A stretch of DNA of 60,332 bases from positions 1 to 60,332 of the IMG/VR virus record IMGVR_UViG_3300043772_002998, one strand, 5' to 3'. The DNA comes from a virus (Duplodnaviria; Caudoviricetes). Positions 28,366 to 38,162 of this stretch are shown here, piece by piece. Numbering within the stretch: position 1 is the stretch's first letter; each line of letters starts with the position of its first letter. A program made the translations under genes and the position numbers. The notes under the pieces are model-generated. The model had not been told where the DNA came from, did not search any database, and saw only the letters and a program-made list of their open reading frames with translations.

Positions 28366-30014
28366 ACATCCTCCGAGTGAGCCTGCAGCTGTTGCCGCAG
28401 CTCATCCAATGCCCTGATCTGATCCGCCGTCATCCCAGGCATAACCTCAAGATCCCCCAACATACTACCCGAACCGTGGCCATAATGCACAGTTGAAACA
28501 GTCATCGGCCCTGTTCCCATCGCGAAGTTCACCGCCTGGGTCGTAGCGTCCACAAGGTCGTCGTAGGTGCCGCCGGGGAACTCCAACAGCTGCGCTACCA
28601 GCGTGGCCGTCAGCGGATGGAACCGCGGGAAGAACACCCGACCCTGTGTGAACTGTGGCGTGCTGGCGTTGGCGCGGGCGGTCTTGCCGCCGTCAGGGGT
28701 GACAGCATGAACGATGAAGCCGGCCGCGGACTGAATCAGGCTATCCACCACCGCCGGGCCATTGGCCTTATCCTCAATCACCAGCTCACCGAACTGCCAG
28801 ACCGGATACAGGGCCTTGATGGTCTCAAGCGTCAGGCTAAAGCCCATCCGCTGGTTCTTCATATCCAGCAACCACAACCCGGCATTCGTCTGCCCCCATA
28901 ATGTCATCGCCACCATATCATTGCCTGGGTTATCCTTAAATGCACAGTCAACAGAGTTAAACTTACGGATGAATCGCCGCGGAACCACCACGTCACCCGG
29001 TTCGCCCGCCACGCCTTCCGGCACCCAGAACCTGAACATCGGCGCCGAAAAGATCGTGCCGCCATCTGGTGTAGGCCGCTGCTGATATAGGGCTGCCCAG
29101 TCGCGCTCCGGGGTATTCAGTTTCTTCTTGCGGGCCCATTCTTCATCATACCGCTCAGGATCCAACGCCTCCCCAGGCTGCCGGTGGTCCGGTTCCTTCG
29201 TCAGCGTCGCCGGCACCGCCGTTTGGATCGGCTCTGCGATCATCGGCATTTCGATCACGTGCCACGGTTCTGCCGCGTCGCCGTCGCCGGTGCGTTCCAG
29301 CTCCTCCACCTGTTTGATCAGCCAGCCGATCAGGTCTGCCGTTGCCCATCGCGTGTGGGTGATGAGCTTGAGGCAGTCCGGCTCCTCCCGGGTATTGAGC
29401 ACCGACGACCACCAGTTGTAGAGCCGCCGCCGGTAGGCTGCGCTCTCCGCTTCATCCCGGTTCTTGATCGGGTCATCTACGTTCAGGAAGTGCGCGGGCA
29501 AGCCGGTACCAAGGCCCACGCCAGCACCCCAGAAGCCCCCGAGGGCATTGGCCACCGACCACCGACCCTTGCCGGAGCTACTGGGGTCCAATAGGCCGCC
29601 AGATGCCACGAAATAATCGCGGGCATCCTGCCCGAACTCTTGCGCCAGGGTCTGGGTGTGCGCGCCTTGGCCCCAGGTGCGGTCCGGGTACTTGCGCAGG
29701 AAGTAGGCTGGCCCGAAACGGCTAAAGACGGTGCTCTTATAATGCCGTGGCGGCATCATCAGCAGCACCCGAGATAGCTCACCAATAAACACCCGCTGGC
29801 CAATCTCAATCAGCCGTGTTGTATGCCTTGTGAATGGAAACTTGGGGTAGACCTCGGCGATCATGTCGCCAAAGCTCTTGCTGTAGGGCTCCGGTGCCGC
29901 TACGACCGGGTTCTTTCGCCGTTCCTCCACCTCCCGCATCTTTGCGTCGATGGCAGCTAGTGGCAGCGTGCGGGCGCTGGCGTGTTGCAGGATCCTGGCG
30001 GAAAGGTTGCGCAT
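28362..30014 (-). CDS. terL: Terminase large subunit
   Basis: Walker A MPPRHYKS, Walker B LNVDDPIKN, coupling motif TRW, ALYQQRP, nuclease VD.AFK / IEDKANG / DDLVDA. Confidence 0.95.
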   Translation of the reverse strand: MRNLSARILQHASARTLPLAAIDAKMREVEERRKNPVVAAPEPYSKSFGDMIAEVYPKFPFTRHTTRLIEIGQRVFIGELSRVLLMMPPRHYKSTVFSRFGPAYFLRKYPDRTWGQGAHTQTLAQEFGQDARDYFVASGGLLDPSSSGKGRWSVANALGGFWGAGVGLGTGLPAHFLNVDDPIKNRDEAESAAYRRRLYNWWSSVLNTREEPDCLKLITHTRWATADLIGWLIKQVEELERTGDGDAAEPWHVIEMPMIAEPIQTAVPATLTKEPDHRQPGEALDPERYDEEWARKKKLNTPERDWAALYQQRPTPDGGTIFSAPMFRFWVPEGVAGEPGDVVVPRRFIRKFNSVDCAFKDNPGNDMVAMTLWGQTNAGLWLLDMKNQRMGFSLTLETIKALYPVWQFGELVIEDKANGPAVVDSLIQSAAGFIVHAVTPDGGKTARANASTPQFTQGRVFFPRFHPLTATLVAQLLEFPGGTYDDLVDATTQAVNFAMGTGPMTVSTVHYGHGSGSMLGDLEVMPGMTADQIRALDELRQQLQAHSEDV

Positions 30015-30190
30015 CTAGCCCGGCGGATTGGCCCGCACTATCTTACACCGCCAAGCCTCTTCTCGTATCCTGATGTCTTCCTCGCTCAGTCGGTCGTATA
30101 CATCGCGATCAACCACCAGGATTCGCATCACCGGCACCGATTCGGCGATCTCGCAAAAGGCTTGGAGTGACTCTAGGGAAAAGTGCTTGC

Positions 30191-30619
30191 TCATAATTTT
30201 GCCGGTGGCGCCTTCGGCACCGAATCCGCCTCACTGGTGGCGGCCATGATTGCGTGAACGCGGTTAAAAATCTCTCGGCACTTCCACATATCGTGCTGTT
30301 CGTAATGGCCACATTTGACCCCGCCAACAAGGGAGCCAATCACGTCTAGTAGCTCTTGACACAACGCCCGCCAGTCGGGAGAGGCGGCGCCATGCGGCTT
30401 CCTGCTGTTAACGTAATCCCGTATGTCGCGCATCTTCACGCCAACCCGTTCCTCAAGCCTTGCGCAGGCATGTTGCTGCTCGGGGGTCATGTCCTCAAAC
30501 GGCACCTGCAGCGGAATCAATCCGTCAGAAGTTAGCAGCCGCGTAGGGTTTTCTACTGCGTCAATTAGCTCAATCAGCTTTTCGATGGTTAGGCGGTTGT
30601 TGGTGTCAGGTATTGGCAT
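30191..30619 (-). CDS. Hypothetical protein containing a PDWRALCQEL module
   Basis: ATG 30619 after a C-rich leader. Confidence 0.55.
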   Translation of the reverse strand: MPIPDTNNRLTIEKLIELIDAVENPTRLLTSDGLIPLQVPFEDMTPEQQHACARLEERVGVKMRDIRDYVNSRKPHGAASPDWRALCQELLDVIGSLVGGVKCGHYEQHDMWKCREIFNRVHAIMAATSEADSVPKAPPAKL

Positions 30620-30659
30620 GGGTCGGGGGAAAGGCTTTTGGGCTTGGGGGATTGATCTC

Positions 30660-30926
30660 TTAGGTGCTTGCCGCTGGCGGATCCGCCCGGCGGGCGGCAA
30701 CGGCATAACCGGCAATGTCGCGCCAGTGCTCTGGATCGTGGGGGTTAGCGCCGGAGAGGACGCGCGCGAGCTTGTGACAGATCATGTCCAACGCCTCACG
30801 CTCGCCAGCATCCAGCTTGCTCCAGCCGTTGCTGCGGCGGATGCAACCCTTGAGGTTCTGGCTGAGCGCGCCGACGGTTTCCATGCCGCCGTGCTGCTCG
30901 TCACGGTTCGGGATGTCAGCGGTCAT
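30660..30926 (-). CDS. DUF6378-like phage protein
   Basis: R...HG...EALDMI.HK.AR.L.G.....W.DIAGYA. Confidence 0.75.
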   Translation of the reverse strand: MTADIPNRDEQHGGMETVGALSQNLKGCIRRSNGWSKLDAGEREALDMICHKLARVLSGANPHDPEHWRDIAGYAVAARRADPPAAST

Positions 30927-31216
30927 CGCTTCGCCTCCTCCACGGGCCGGCTGAGCACCATAACGCGACTTACAGTGCATGGCTCGCCGGGAGCTGATGC
31001 GCACTCCTGCCGGGCTACAACTCCAATCAATGCGCCATCTTGAGCCTGAGCGAGCTGATTGATCACGGCAGGGCTTGTGGCCTTAAGACGCACATCCGCA
31101 AGGCCTGTCCTGGTTGGCTGCCGCAGCTTCCACTTTGCTATCCCACCATCAATGGCGAGGCTATGCAAATGGCCAACGTAGGTGCAGGCTTGGCCAGGGG
31201 TTGGGGGAAAGGTCAT
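30923..31216 (-). CDS. Hypothetical protein (possible OB fold)
   Basis: Operon packing; the fold guess is weak. Confidence 0.5.
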   Translation of the reverse strand: MTFPPTPGQACTYVGHLHSLAIDGGIAKWKLRQPTRTGLADVRLKATSPAVINQLAQAQDGALIGVVARQECASAPGEPCTVSRVMVLSRPVEEAKR

Positions 31217-31241
31217 TGGATTGGGTTGTGGGTGGTGGGGG

Positions 31242-31541
31242 TCATGGCTGCGGATCCTCTTTGCCCTGTGGCGGCTTCATGCCCCGCACGTTGCCGGCGA
31301 AGCCCTGGGCTAGCTGCAGCTGGCGGCGTGCAGCGTTCAAATGGGCATCAGCTCGGCGGGTCAGCTCGGCGTGCGCTTCCTCCCATGTGTCGAACACTTT
31401 ACCCGCCTTTTTCTGTTTGGTAATGTGGTCGGCGAAGTATTCGTGAAATCCCCTAAACCATACAAACACAGCGGTTTCTTTTGTGCATTCGCAGGCTTTG
31501 ATTTCTGCCCGGTAGTCGTGAACAACGTACTTCGTGCTCAT
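31242..31541 (-). CDS. Hypothetical protein
   Basis: Operon packing; FDTWEEAHA motif common in small phage proteins. Confidence 0.6.
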   Translation of the reverse strand: MSTKYVVHDYRAEIKACECTKETAVFVWFRGFHEYFADHITKQKKAGKVFDTWEEAHAELTRRADAHLNAARRQLQLAQGFAGNVRGMKPPQGKEDPQP

Positions 31542-31963
31542 GGCTGCCCCTCCCCAGCTGCGGCCTGCACCGCATCAACACCAGCGGCGGCAATCTCAGC
31601 GGCCGTGCCGTTGTTCCAGTAGATCGGCAGCAGGCCACCGGCGGCGGCCATTTCGTCGCGGAATCGTTGGATAATCCCCTGTTGCTGCGGCGTGTATGCC
31701 ATGGATGTTTCTGGCTTGGATTTTGCCGCCTCCCGGATCGCTTCCTCCATCGCAACCCGCGCAATGCCGGCCGCTGCCAGGAATGCAGCATTGTCGGGGG
31801 TGACGTTGTAGTAATACCGGGTTGACCCATCGCCAACGCAATGGGTTAGGCGAAACTCGCCGGCTTGCATGCGGTCGCCGTCACGGTGCCAATCAGAGAC
31901 ATTGCCGTAGGGGACGTAACGGCGGCCCTTCTTGACGTACAGCGTAGTGGTGGGCTGATCCAT
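31538..31963 (-). CDS. Hypothetical protein
   Basis: MDQPTTTLYVKKGRRYVP start; ATGA overlap downstream. Confidence 0.6.
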   Translation of the reverse strand: MDQPTTTLYVKKGRRYVPYGNVSDWHRDGDRMQAGEFRLTHCVGDGSTRYYYNVTPDNAAFLAAAGIARVAMEEAIREAAKSKPETSMAYTPQQQGIIQRFRDEMAAAGGLLPIYWNNGTAAEIAAAGVDAVQAAAGEGQP

Positions 31964-32108
31964 AACTGTTCTGGTTTGCAAGGCGGGACCTCCCCGCCGA
32001 TTGATCATAGCGCAAAAGGGGTGTCCCGGCTTCGGTTCCCTTGCGATCCCCAGTAGATGGCAAAGACGCTCCGCCTTACGGTTTGGAGCTGACCGGGACT
32101 GCAACAGT

Positions 32109-32354
32109 CTACACGGTTTCGGCAGCATGCCGGCGCCTTTCGCGTTGCCGGCGGTTCTGCCGTTGCGCCCATTCTGCCGCCCGTTCACGGCCCTCGGGGG
32201 TGTGCTTAAGCCAGCACCGGGAGCACAGGGGCCCATGGTTGCCGCGGCTGTGGCGTGGGCATCCTGGTGTCGCGCATGGGCCCGGGACAGGCGGTAGCTC
32301 ACCTGCCTTTCGGAGGCGATAGCGGCGGGTGCGTTCGGCAGGCGTCAACGCCAT
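32109..32354 (-). CDS. Small basic Zn-finger-like protein
   Basis: TPAERTRRYR.R; C....C...C..C. Confidence 0.6.
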   Translation of the reverse strand: MALTPAERTRRYRLRKAGELPPVPGPCATPGCPRHSRGNHGPLCSRCWLKHTPEGRERAAEWAQRQNRRQRERRRHAAETV

Positions 32355-33062
32355 GTCTGGCGGCGCCTGGGGCGCGGTCGAGGAGGGGCGGGGAGGACGG
32401 GCAGCACGGGGGCCGGGCCGCCTTGGCGCGCCAGCTCCTCCCGCAGCTCTCGCACGCAGTCAGGGCAGCCCCAGGCGTTTTCCGGCTGCTGGCCATGGGT
32501 GGGGCAATGGCGGAGGCGGGCCGGCATGGATCGACGGCGGCGGGGCTGGTAGCGGCTGAACCGGGGATGCCAGGGCCAGCCGCACAGCACCAGACAGAAC
32601 AGGGCGCCCAGGTTAAAGCCAATCAGGAAGGTTTTCAGCGTGGTCATCCCATCACCTCCAGCGCATTGATCACGGCCACCAGGTCAGCCCCCGGCGGCAG
32701 GGCACGCAGGGCAGCGGCGAGGCTTACAGGCTCCGGGAACTCCAGCGGGCCGGTGCGGTCGTAGCGGTCAAGGTAGGCGTCCACCATGGCGGTGGCGATC
32801 TCCTTGGGGGTCATGGCTGCACCTCCCCCGCGGCGGCAATGGGGCTGATGTGCTTGCCGATCTCTTTGATCAGCCGCCATCTGGCGCGGTCCGCTTCGGC
32901 TTCGGTGAGGACACGGCGGAATCGCAGGCGGAATATCTCGTCAGCGTCCCGCTGTAGGTTTTGTCGGGCTAGCTCAAGGTTAATCATTAGTCCCTGATTC
33001 TTTAGTTGCTCCTCAATACATGGCGACAGGGCGCCGAACTCCAGGTAGAGCTTGTCAGCCAT
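32345..33062 (-). CDS. Three overlapping small hypothetical genes (32345-32647, 32644-32814, 32811-33062)
   Basis: Consecutive ATGA overlaps; the first has a TM segment plus CP.HG...CPDC. Confidence 0.55.
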
Positions 33063-33948
33063 CGTCCCGGCCCTCCCCAGCGGCGGCGGCGGGCACCGGC
33101 AGCGCCCAGTGGGGCAACCAGTGGGAAAAGCAATACTTCAGGTGCGGCACTCCGGGGTTGACGACGCTCATCAACCTCCAATCACCCTCAACCTTTCCGC
33201 ACAGCCAGCACCGATCCTCTGAATCGCAATCCTCCGGCCCCGGCAGCCGCTCACTCACCGGCACCGGCTGCGGCACCGCAGCGCCGCCCCAGCGGGCCAG
33301 GGCGATATGAGTCCATTCGATGCACGCCACAAGCGGGATGGCGCCGAAATAGGCGGATCCAAACCGGTCGCTCCACCACGCACGGAAGCCCGATTCGATC
33401 TCATCGCTCGTCGGTTGCGCCCCCACCTGCGGCAGCTGCACCGCAGCGCCGCCCCAGCGGGCAAGCACGGCGCGGGCGAAGTGCTCCACGAATTCTGCGA
33501 ACGTCTGGCGGTCATGGGCCGCCATCACCTCGCTGCAGAGCCTCGTAGCCTGAGCTCTCGTGATCTCCGCCCCCGCCTGCGGCGGCGGCCCCGCCTCGCG
33601 GGTGGCGGCCGGCGGGGTGGAGGCCACTTCTGCTAGCACCATGGGCGCCATCTCTGCTGCTACCTCATCGGGGTCCCCGTAGTGACCTTCAACTGTTGCT
33701 TCGTGCCCGGCGATATACCCGGAGCAGACACCGGCGGTCACCAGGCGCAGCCGTTCATCTTCACCCATGGCCGGCGGGGTGGCCAGGGCGGCGCGGACGC
33801 GGGCCAGAAGAGGGGATGGCCCGTGATCAGAGCCAACCCAGGGGCCGTGCTGAATCGCTTGGGACTCGGCGTAGGCATCCCGTAGCTCCTGGCACAACGC
33901 CCTCCAGTCGGGCGCGGCCGGCAACGGCGTGGGGGTGGGGTCAGGCAT
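33055..33948 (-). CDS. Modular hypothetical protein with a DUF551-like C-terminus
   Basis: PVSERLP...HWLP.WALP; LARWGGAAV twice; N-terminal PDWRALCQEL. Confidence 0.65.
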   Translation of the reverse strand: MPDPTPTPLPAAPDWRALCQELRDAYAESQAIQHGPWVGSDHGPSPLLARVRAALATPPAMGEDERLRLVTAGVCSGYIAGHEATVEGHYGDPDEVAAEMAPMVLAEVASTPPAATREAGPPPQAGAEITRAQATRLCSEVMAAHDRQTFAEFVEHFARAVLARWGGAAVQLPQVGAQPTSDEIESGFRAWWSDRFGSAYFGAIPLVACIEWTHIALARWGGAAVPQPVPVSERLPGPEDCDSEDRCWLCGKVEGDWRLMSVVNPGVPHLKYCFSHWLPHWALPVPAAAAGEGRDDG

Positions 33949-34100
33949 CGGGGGTCTCCTTGGGTTGGGTGGTGTCTAGTTCGTCAGCGACGCCCCGGAA
34001 GGCATCGGCCAGTAGTTTCTGTTCGGCTTTGTCGAGTAGCGAAGTTGTGATCGTGCTTTTATTACCAGAGACACAAACCTCGGCGTATTCGCCGATGTGC

Positions 34101-34409
34101 CTAACGCTCAGAATCACTAGCTGTCTCCGTGGGTTGGGTGGTGTGCTGGCCCGCCCCGCCGGCCAGCTCGGCGGCGATGGCGAGCTGCTGGGCGCGGATG
34201 ATCATGCGCGATAACAGTCCATCAACGTCGGCATCGTCCCCTGATCCGTCCCATGTCGGGCAGACTTCTTCGGGCAGCGTCTGATCCACCAGGGCGCGGA
34301 TGGCGGCGGCGGCAACGTCGCGGCGCGTAAGCAGAAAGGTAGTTACGCAGACTTTGTCTACGGCATCAAGCACCGCCTGAGCGGCGGGGGAAAGGGGCGG
34401 AGTGGTCAT
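34101..34409 (-). CDS. Hypothetical protein
   Basis: LSPAAQAVLDA...LAIAAEL; operon packing. Confidence 0.6.
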   Translation of the reverse strand: MTTPPLSPAAQAVLDAVDKVCVTTFLLTRRDVAAAAIRALVDQTLPEEVCPTWDGSGDDADVDGLLSRMIIRAQQLAIAAELAGGAGQHTTQPTETASDSER

Positions 34410-34990
34410 CGTGGGCTCCGATAAAGGTTCTTCTCAAGGCTGGTCCAATACGTACAGGATTCGTAAATCCTGCTCACGTTCTCCCGGATCACGGCCGCCG
34501 CTTCATCATCCGGCTCGCTCTTGTTGGTGCGGGTGGACAGGTCACCCTGCCAACCCTCGGGTAGGTGCTCACCGAAGGCCGCCATGAAGTCGGCCGCGAA
34601 ATGTTCTTGCCGGATGAACAAGACCCGGTGATTGTTCACCAGCCATTCGCTGGCCCAGTTCCGGGCATAGAAATCGGCGAAGCCTTCCTGCCCGTCCTCC
34701 TCCAGGAACCAGCCTTCAGCAAGCCGCTGGGGATCGTGGGGCAGGTGCGGCGACCGCTGCCGCTCAAAAGAATAGCGGCTGTGCAGCCAGCTGGGCAGCC
34801 GGCGGAAGCCGACGACCACCGTTCGATCGCCAACCCTGAAACTCGGGTCCCGTTCAATGCGGGCTTCGATGCTGTCGTGATGGTTGTTGGCGACCCTTTC
34901 GGCGCCGGGGATGGTAAGGAGTAGTTCAAGCATCTTCATCCCGCCGGTCTTGGGGAAATGGACGTAGATGAAAGAAGGATGAATGATCAT
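34406..34990 (-). CDS. Sulfotransferase-family-like protein
   Basis: N-terminal FIYVHFPKTGG (5'-PSB loop), R...W..S.Y (3'-PB-like), IRQE....DF. Confidence 0.65.
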   Translation of the reverse strand: MIIHPSFIYVHFPKTGGMKMLELLLTIPGAERVANNHHDSIEARIERDPSFRVGDRTVVVGFRRLPSWLHSRYSFERQRSPHLPHDPQRLAEGWFLEEDGQEGFADFYARNWASEWLVNNHRVLFIRQEHFAADFMAAFGEHLPEGWQGDLSTRTNKSEPDDEAAAVIRENVSRIYESCTYWTSLEKNLYRSPR

Positions 34991-35427
34991 CGGTTGGCCT
35001 CCTGCTCCAGCAGCTCGGCGGCGATGGGGTAGCCCTTGCTGCGCAGCCATTCGGCTATCGCGTGATGGCTGGAGAAGTATTGGGGATGCGTGGGCTCGGG
35101 CTCTGCGGCTGCCTGCTGCTCCGCCATCGGCTCACGGATCGCCCGCTCGATGGTGTCGCAGATATGACCGGTTACTCCGATCCTGTGGCGCAAGGTATCC
35201 ATCATGCCCAGTGCAACGGTGTGCAGGGTCTGGGGCGCGTCAGGGTCGGGATCGGGCGTTGAGTCGTCAAGGATTCCTTGACTGCTGCTTCCCTGCTCGG
35301 CGCGGCCGGCCGCCTCCAGCTTCTCCACGCGGTCGCGGAGTTCGCATATCGTGCTGGGGATGGGGTGGATGATTGCTTCCGCCTCAACTCGCTGCCAGTC
35401 TTCTTCTTCAGCCTTGAACTGTTCCAT
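34987..35427 (-). CDS. Hypothetical protein
   Basis: ATG 35427 downstream of the repeated early promoter. Confidence 0.55.
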   Translation of the reverse strand: MEQFKAEEEDWQRVEAEAIIHPIPSTICELRDRVEKLEAAGRAEQGSSSQGILDDSTPDPDPDAPQTLHTVALGMMDTLRHRIGVTGHICDTIERAIREPMAEQQAAAEPEPTHPQYFSSHHAIAEWLRSKGYPIAAELLEQEANR

Positions 35428-35457
35428 GGTGTCGTTGGGGATTGGGGAACCGCTGCC

Positions 35458-35476
35458 AGCATAGAGCATTCGTCAC
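35458..35476 (-). promoter_or_regulatory. Repeated early promoter motif, copy 1
   Basis: GTGACGAATGCTCTATGCT, identical to 38116-38134. Confidence 0.65.
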
Positions 35477-35528
35477 GGCTTGGCTAGCGGGGTGGGGGGT
35501 GGTTGTGATTCGTTACGGATCGGTCGGG

Positions 35529-36011
35529 TCAGTCGGCATACCGCCAGTGCAGACCCGCTACAGTTCCGTTATTCTTTAATGCGTGGCCGATTGTGGTCCT
35601 ATCAAGGTAGACACTACGGGCAGCTTCGCGGATGCTTTCGTACCGCTTGCCGGTCTCGACACACACCACCGGCCGAAACCGTCGGTAGCGTTGCATCCCC
35701 ATCGCGGCCAGCTCGGCGGCCATGGCTTTGCTGTCCAAAAGTTGAATTAGCTCCGGTTCGGTCAAGCCTGCGAACACCTTAGGCCGGCGACTGGCCAACG
35801 TCCGCAGCATGGGCCGTGAAATCCAGTGGGTGCCCGTGATGATGTGCGGGGTGATGCCCTCCTCCCGCATGGCCCGTGTCAACCGCCTGGGGTCGGTGTG
35901 GACTGTCCGCGCCACCTGCGTCAGGCTCATCCACACCCACTGGCCTGATCTATCAATCGGGCTATCGACCGCGGGCAGCGCGTCACCAGGCATCGGGGTC
36001 CTCGTCGTCAA
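35529..36011 (-). CDS. DNA-binding protein with HTH-like and NUMOD1 domains
   Basis: C-terminal RPVVCVETGKRYESIREAAR...AG.HWRY; start uncertain. Confidence 0.7.
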   Translation of the reverse strand: MTTRTPMPGDALPAVDSPIDRSGQWVWMSLTQVARTVHTDPRRLTRAMREEGITPHIITGTHWISRPMLRTLASRRPKVFAGLTEPELIQLLDSKAMAAELAAMGMQRYRRFRPVVCVETGKRYESIREAARSVYLDRTTIGHALKNNGTVAGLHWRYAD

Positions 36012-36092
36012 CCATCGGCGGCAGCAACCGCCTCAGCAGCAAGCCCACAGCGCTTGACAACAGCAGCGCCAGCAACCATGAAGCGATCATGC

Positions 36093-36602
36093 TCAGCCCC
36101 TTGATTGCTGGACGGTGGCGTCGCCTTGGTACCGCCCAGTCTCCGCATAGCTGCGTCGCGGGTCGGCATCCATCGGGTGGAACACCAGCTGGCCAATCAA
36201 CAGCCCCGGCCAGATCGGCACCGGCCGCGACTGCCGGACGTTCTTCAGCTCCAGGGTCAACACCCCCTCGAAGCCGGGATCAATCCAGCCCGCCAGAAGG
36301 TGCTGTAGGCCCTCCCGTGCGCGGCTGGACTTGAGCGCGAACTGGGCCGATAGGGTCGGCGGGATCGCCAGCCGGGCCGCTGTGTGGGCCAGCACGAACT
36401 GACCAGGCGACAGCAGGTAGGGACGGGTGGGGCTGTGATTTGACAGCGGGTAGGGGACCATCGCGTCACTTACCACCGACTCAATCAGGATCGAATCCCC
36501 CAGCCGCACATCCAGCGACGCGGGGTTGACTAGCTCAGGCTCAAAGGGTTCCACCATGCCGGCGAGGGCAAGGTTGGTGATTTGGAAGTCAGCGAGAGGC
36601 AT
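36093..36602 (-). CDS. dcd: dCTP deaminase
   Basis: VNPASLDVRLG, KSSRAREG, AGWIDPGF.G.LTLEL, IGQL.F, GRYQG. Confidence 0.92.
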   Translation of the reverse strand: MPLADFQITNLALAGMVEPFEPELVNPASLDVRLGDSILIESVVSDAMVPYPLSNHSPTRPYLLSPGQFVLAHTAARLAIPPTLSAQFALKSSRAREGLQHLLAGWIDPGFEGVLTLELKNVRQSRPVPIWPGLLIGQLVFHPMDADPRRSYAETGRYQGDATVQQSRG

Positions 36603-36765
36603 CAGGAAACGTCTCCAAGGGCTACATGTTGGTCGAAGTCAATCAGCTCTGCTATGCGCAGCTGCAACAGGCCGGTATACAAACCATGGGCAGGATGGCG
36701 GGGGTCATCACGGCCCGCCTGGCGGTAGAGCCATTCCAGGTACGCCTGCCGCCGCGTCTGGTGAA

Positions 36766-37185
36766 TTACGGGGTGCATTGAAGTGCTGCGATGAGTTGGG
36801 CCTTGGTGGCTTGGCTGACCGGAATGCAGCCCTTCAGATCTCCTCTATCAATAAGGCTTATTCCTTTGGCTTTTGCAATGTTGCGCAATTTATTAACTGA
36901 TAGCGAATTGGCATTCAAGAAGTAATGATTGAACCCGTCAGCAATCAGCACAGGCTTGCCTGTACCTGTGGCCACGGACCGGGGCGCCGCTACAGCTCCC
37001 CCTGCAACCGGCCACGGCCGGCGATCACCTGACAGCCAGTCGTTTGCCCAGTGGATTACCACGCCAACCGCCAGACCAGCGACATAGAGCGCAGCCGCAA
37101 CGACGGCGGCACGTTGGGCGAGGCGGTGGAGATCACCGCCCAGATCATGCGCCACGTAGGCGCGGGTGAAGGAGGAAGGGGTCAT
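36766..37185 (-). CDS. Membrane protein with a C-terminal Rho-N/SAP-like helical motif
   Basis: TM YVAGLAVG; LSVNKLRNIAKAKGI...TKAQLIAAL. Confidence 0.65.
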   Translation of the reverse strand: MTPSSFTRAYVAHDLGGDLHRLAQRAAVVAAALYVAGLAVGVVIHWANDWLSGDRRPWPVAGGAVAAPRSVATGTGKPVLIADGFNHYFLNANSLSVNKLRNIAKAKGISLIDRGDLKGCIPVSQATKAQLIAALQCTP

Positions 37186-37189
37186 GGTT

Positions 37190-38069
37190 CTATCCTGCGT
37201 TGAGTTCTTTGATGCGCTGCATTTTAGCCCTGCGGTGTTGATCGGCCTGAATTGCGCTGGTGATCCAGTCCACGGTCTCCCTTACGTGCAAATCGCCTCC
37301 CGCGTACTGAATATAAGAGCCCCTGTAACTGGGAGAAGACCATTTGGGGGAGTCGTCTTGACTGTGACAATAAATCGCATTGATTGCATCTATGCGAACC
37401 CAAACCGTTTTGCCGTTAGAGCAATCGCGAAGCCCAAGAAAACCGTTCATGGCTCAGAACCTCCGGCAAGCGGCGGCGCTGGCGTAGCTGGTGCAGCTGC
37501 AATCAAGGCGGGTCTCGTCACGACCCAGCCAGCTGAAGACGCAGAGGATCAGGAACAGCACCGCTAGGGTAGGTTGGACTCTGAAGGGGATGTAATGGTG
37601 GATCATTGGAAGGGGTGGGGGGGGGAGGGATGCAAGTAGTGGTCAAGATTTAGCCAGGCGCCGCTCAATCACTCTTTGGCGCTCAATTTCAACTTCACTA
37701 GGCTCCTGATCATTAAGACTTGGCTTGCTCCAGTCTGCGTTGAAGTAGCAGCAGTCATAACAGAAATCGGTGCCGTGCTTGTCTTGCTGGGTGCAGCCGT
37801 GGCAGCCGCCGTGGAAAAGGATCATTGGAAGGGGTGGGGATTGAGGGGATGGGTGTTACCGGGATCGGCTCCCGGCGGGCCGGGGATCAGCGGATGAGTC
37901 TGTAGATCAGTCGAGATCCGATCAACAGGGGCCACGTCAGACCAAGCAGGAAGAGTCCGACTCGCTCGTTTGCGTCGCTGGGCGGCGTTTTAATAGCTGC
38001 CGCGATCATCGTGCATACAGCCACGTATCCGTAGATCGGACCGGTGAGCGTAATCAGCATGTCGGCCAT
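37190..38069 (-). CDS. Four small hypothetical genes (37190-37450, 37454-37606, 37643-37825, 37887-38069)
   Basis: Compact ORFs; two share an identical ~20-nt leader ending CCCTTCCAATGATCC; one is Cys-rich. Confidence 0.55.
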
Positions 38070-38115
38070 TGCTTGTGCTGGGGAAAGGACCGCGGGGCCT
38101 CCCCCGCTGAACAGC

Positions 38116-38134
38116 AGCATAGAGCATTCGTCAC
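38116..38134 (-). promoter_or_regulatory. Repeated early promoter motif, copy 2
   Basis: GTGACGAATGCTCTATGCT. Confidence 0.65.
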
Positions 38135-38162
38135 GCTGTTGCGAGGGGGCTGTTGTAATCCG

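Noticed and set aside
35529-36011. Homing endonuclease
   Set aside because: NUMOD1 DNA-binding domain only; no HNH or GIY-YIG catalytic motif
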